NCBI GenBank assembly: GCA_002633005.1
Contig: NMRA01000450.1
Span: 62,001-126,000 of the forward strand
Reading direction: 5' to 3'
DNA length: 64,000 bases
Source: Phoronis australis
Lineage: Eukaryota; Animalia; Phoronida
Part shown: one piece after another, positions 62,310 through 64,000 of the stretch
Layout: the number at the start of each line of letters is the position of its first letter
How positions within the stretch are numbered: the stretch's first letter is position 1
Notes under the pieces: generated by a model
Seen by the model: the letters and a program-made list of their open reading frames with translations, nothing else
The model's database searches: none
What the model was told of the DNA's origin: nothing
Translations under genes and position numbers: made by a program

Positions 62310-64000
62310 ACGTGAAACCAGGTGGTACAGTAGCGCAAGACAACAGTTGTATCGTTCATTTCTTTAAAACCGTGATTTACAGCTTAATGTACACAGTTTA
62401 GATTATGAGGGCTCGCCAAACGTTATGAGAATCAAGCGATAACTAATTCATGCGTAGTCTTTGAAATTGGTTCAACTTCGCGATTCGAGGTACCAGGTTT
62501 GAGTAATTGAAATAAGCAGTATGTACCTTCATTCGATTCTTGCACACAACACCGCGGACATTAGTTTCCTTATTCCAGAGGTTACATCTGCAAGATATTC
62601 ACGATTCACTTCCGGAAGGGAACCTGGATTTTGTAGTATTACTGTAGAGCTATCGTTATTCTAAAACTGAGTTAGCGGTAGATGGTATGAGGAAAAGTTT
62701 ATTTTTTATTTTTGATTCAGGACTTTTGGTTTCTTCGTCATAAATGAGGAACTGGCAAGAGTCTACTGCAATGATGTACTGGCCTTCGACAAAGTTACCA
62801 ACTACAATAAAATGCGCCTACCCCAACATTTTTTCGCAATACAAGGGTTATGTCAAAAATAATACTGCTGTATCTACTTTGCTTGCAGTCAAACAAATTT
62901 TGTTATTTACTAAGGCACCATATTTTATGTGCCTAATGCATAAAGTTGTATATTCGTTTTGTCTACTACTTAGTACTCAGATAATTGTGATTTCTTTGTG
63001 GTACTAATAAACAAAATTTATGCCCAATACCATTTCTTAGTTTCATACTGAAAATCGGATGATGACTTAAATGTAATGAAACAGCATTAGTTGCTACAAA
63101 CCAACATTCCATCAGCAATAAAGTAACTTTTGATTAACACCATTTTCTGAATCAGACCTCCTATCAGTAAGTTTCTTTACCCAGGTGAGGATGGGTTTCT
63201 TGGTTTGTAACAAATTCATCTACAGAAAATGACAAGCTGTTTCAAGCCAATTTGATAAACTGAGGCTTGAGCTATAACGAACTGTCAGTTCTTTCTAATT
63301 CCAGGAATCATTTGTACTCTGTGTAAGGAATGGGTCGAGACAATAAATAGTCAAAATCAAGAGTTGGTTTAATTGAAAGAAGGCAGGTTTATAGCAGCTT
63401 TAACAGCAATGACGTAATCATATTAACAAACAAAATGAATTTCCAGTGCCAAAGTTTAACATGTACAACATCAAATGCATTTCACTGCAGTAATTCTCAA
63501 CATAACAGAAATGTAAATGCAAACAAGAATTGCTGCATGACATGTAATTAATCGAAATATGTTTGACGCCATGGACACATTTATTTTAATTACGTAGTCA
63601 ATTCACAGAGCCACGTGGATCAACAAAAGCAGATGATGATGGTTGATAGACTCAACATGAACCAAGTTACACGAACACTTCAATTACAGAGCAGGTACTG
63701 TATCGCAGTTTTGGAGTCACATGTAGGCAAACAGTGATCAAGTATTGTTGGTTGACATATGTAAAAGTAAAATGTCAGACTTAGATGCTGTACGGTAAAT
63801 GAGTAAGATGAAAATTATAGCTGTGTCCTTTTGTATTGACAACAGTCTTTATCCACGTCAAGCTACTGTGCAAAGGTAACTTTAAAATTAGTGTCAAATG
63901 TTCACTGAATCAGTGATAGTTTCTTTTGATAGATAAAATAACATTTGTTGTCATTGATCGTCAAGGCAATGAACTGGGTGGCCCTGGAAGCCATGTGTCA

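Overview
Repeat-rich, AT-rich eukaryotic genomic DNA with spliceosomal introns. The ShKT exons and the Academ, Kolobok, DIRS/Ngaro and LINE relics suggest an aquatic invertebrate animal; the taxon cannot be fixed from sequence. There are two kinds of host gene. (1) On + strand, a cluster of phase-1 exons encodes ShK-toxin-like (ShKT) domains. It reads best as the 3' end of one gene (159-6192), followed by a second small secreted precursor (signal peptide, propeptide ending KR, 2x ShKT; 7121-17908), with a decayed paralogous last exon at about 62.2 kb. (2) On - strand, a two-coding-exon gene (39501-39415 joined to 36984-33583, about 1162 aa) fuses a stonustoxin-like MACPF/helical/thioredoxin-like pore-forming module to a Cys/His cluster, a septin/AIG1-like P-loop GTPase and a Cys-rich coiled-coil tail. 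It is followed by a triplicated ~351-nt coding repeat that has decayed into 3' sequence. This fusion is the most interesting object in the window. Also present: a decayed ~5.7-kb Academ element with a nested TTAA-flanked Kolobok-type element, further Kolobok/THAP derivatives, LINE and Ngaro fragments, MITEs, hairpins and a frameshifted Ig-domain exon. All domain calls are by-eye motif recognition, not database hits.
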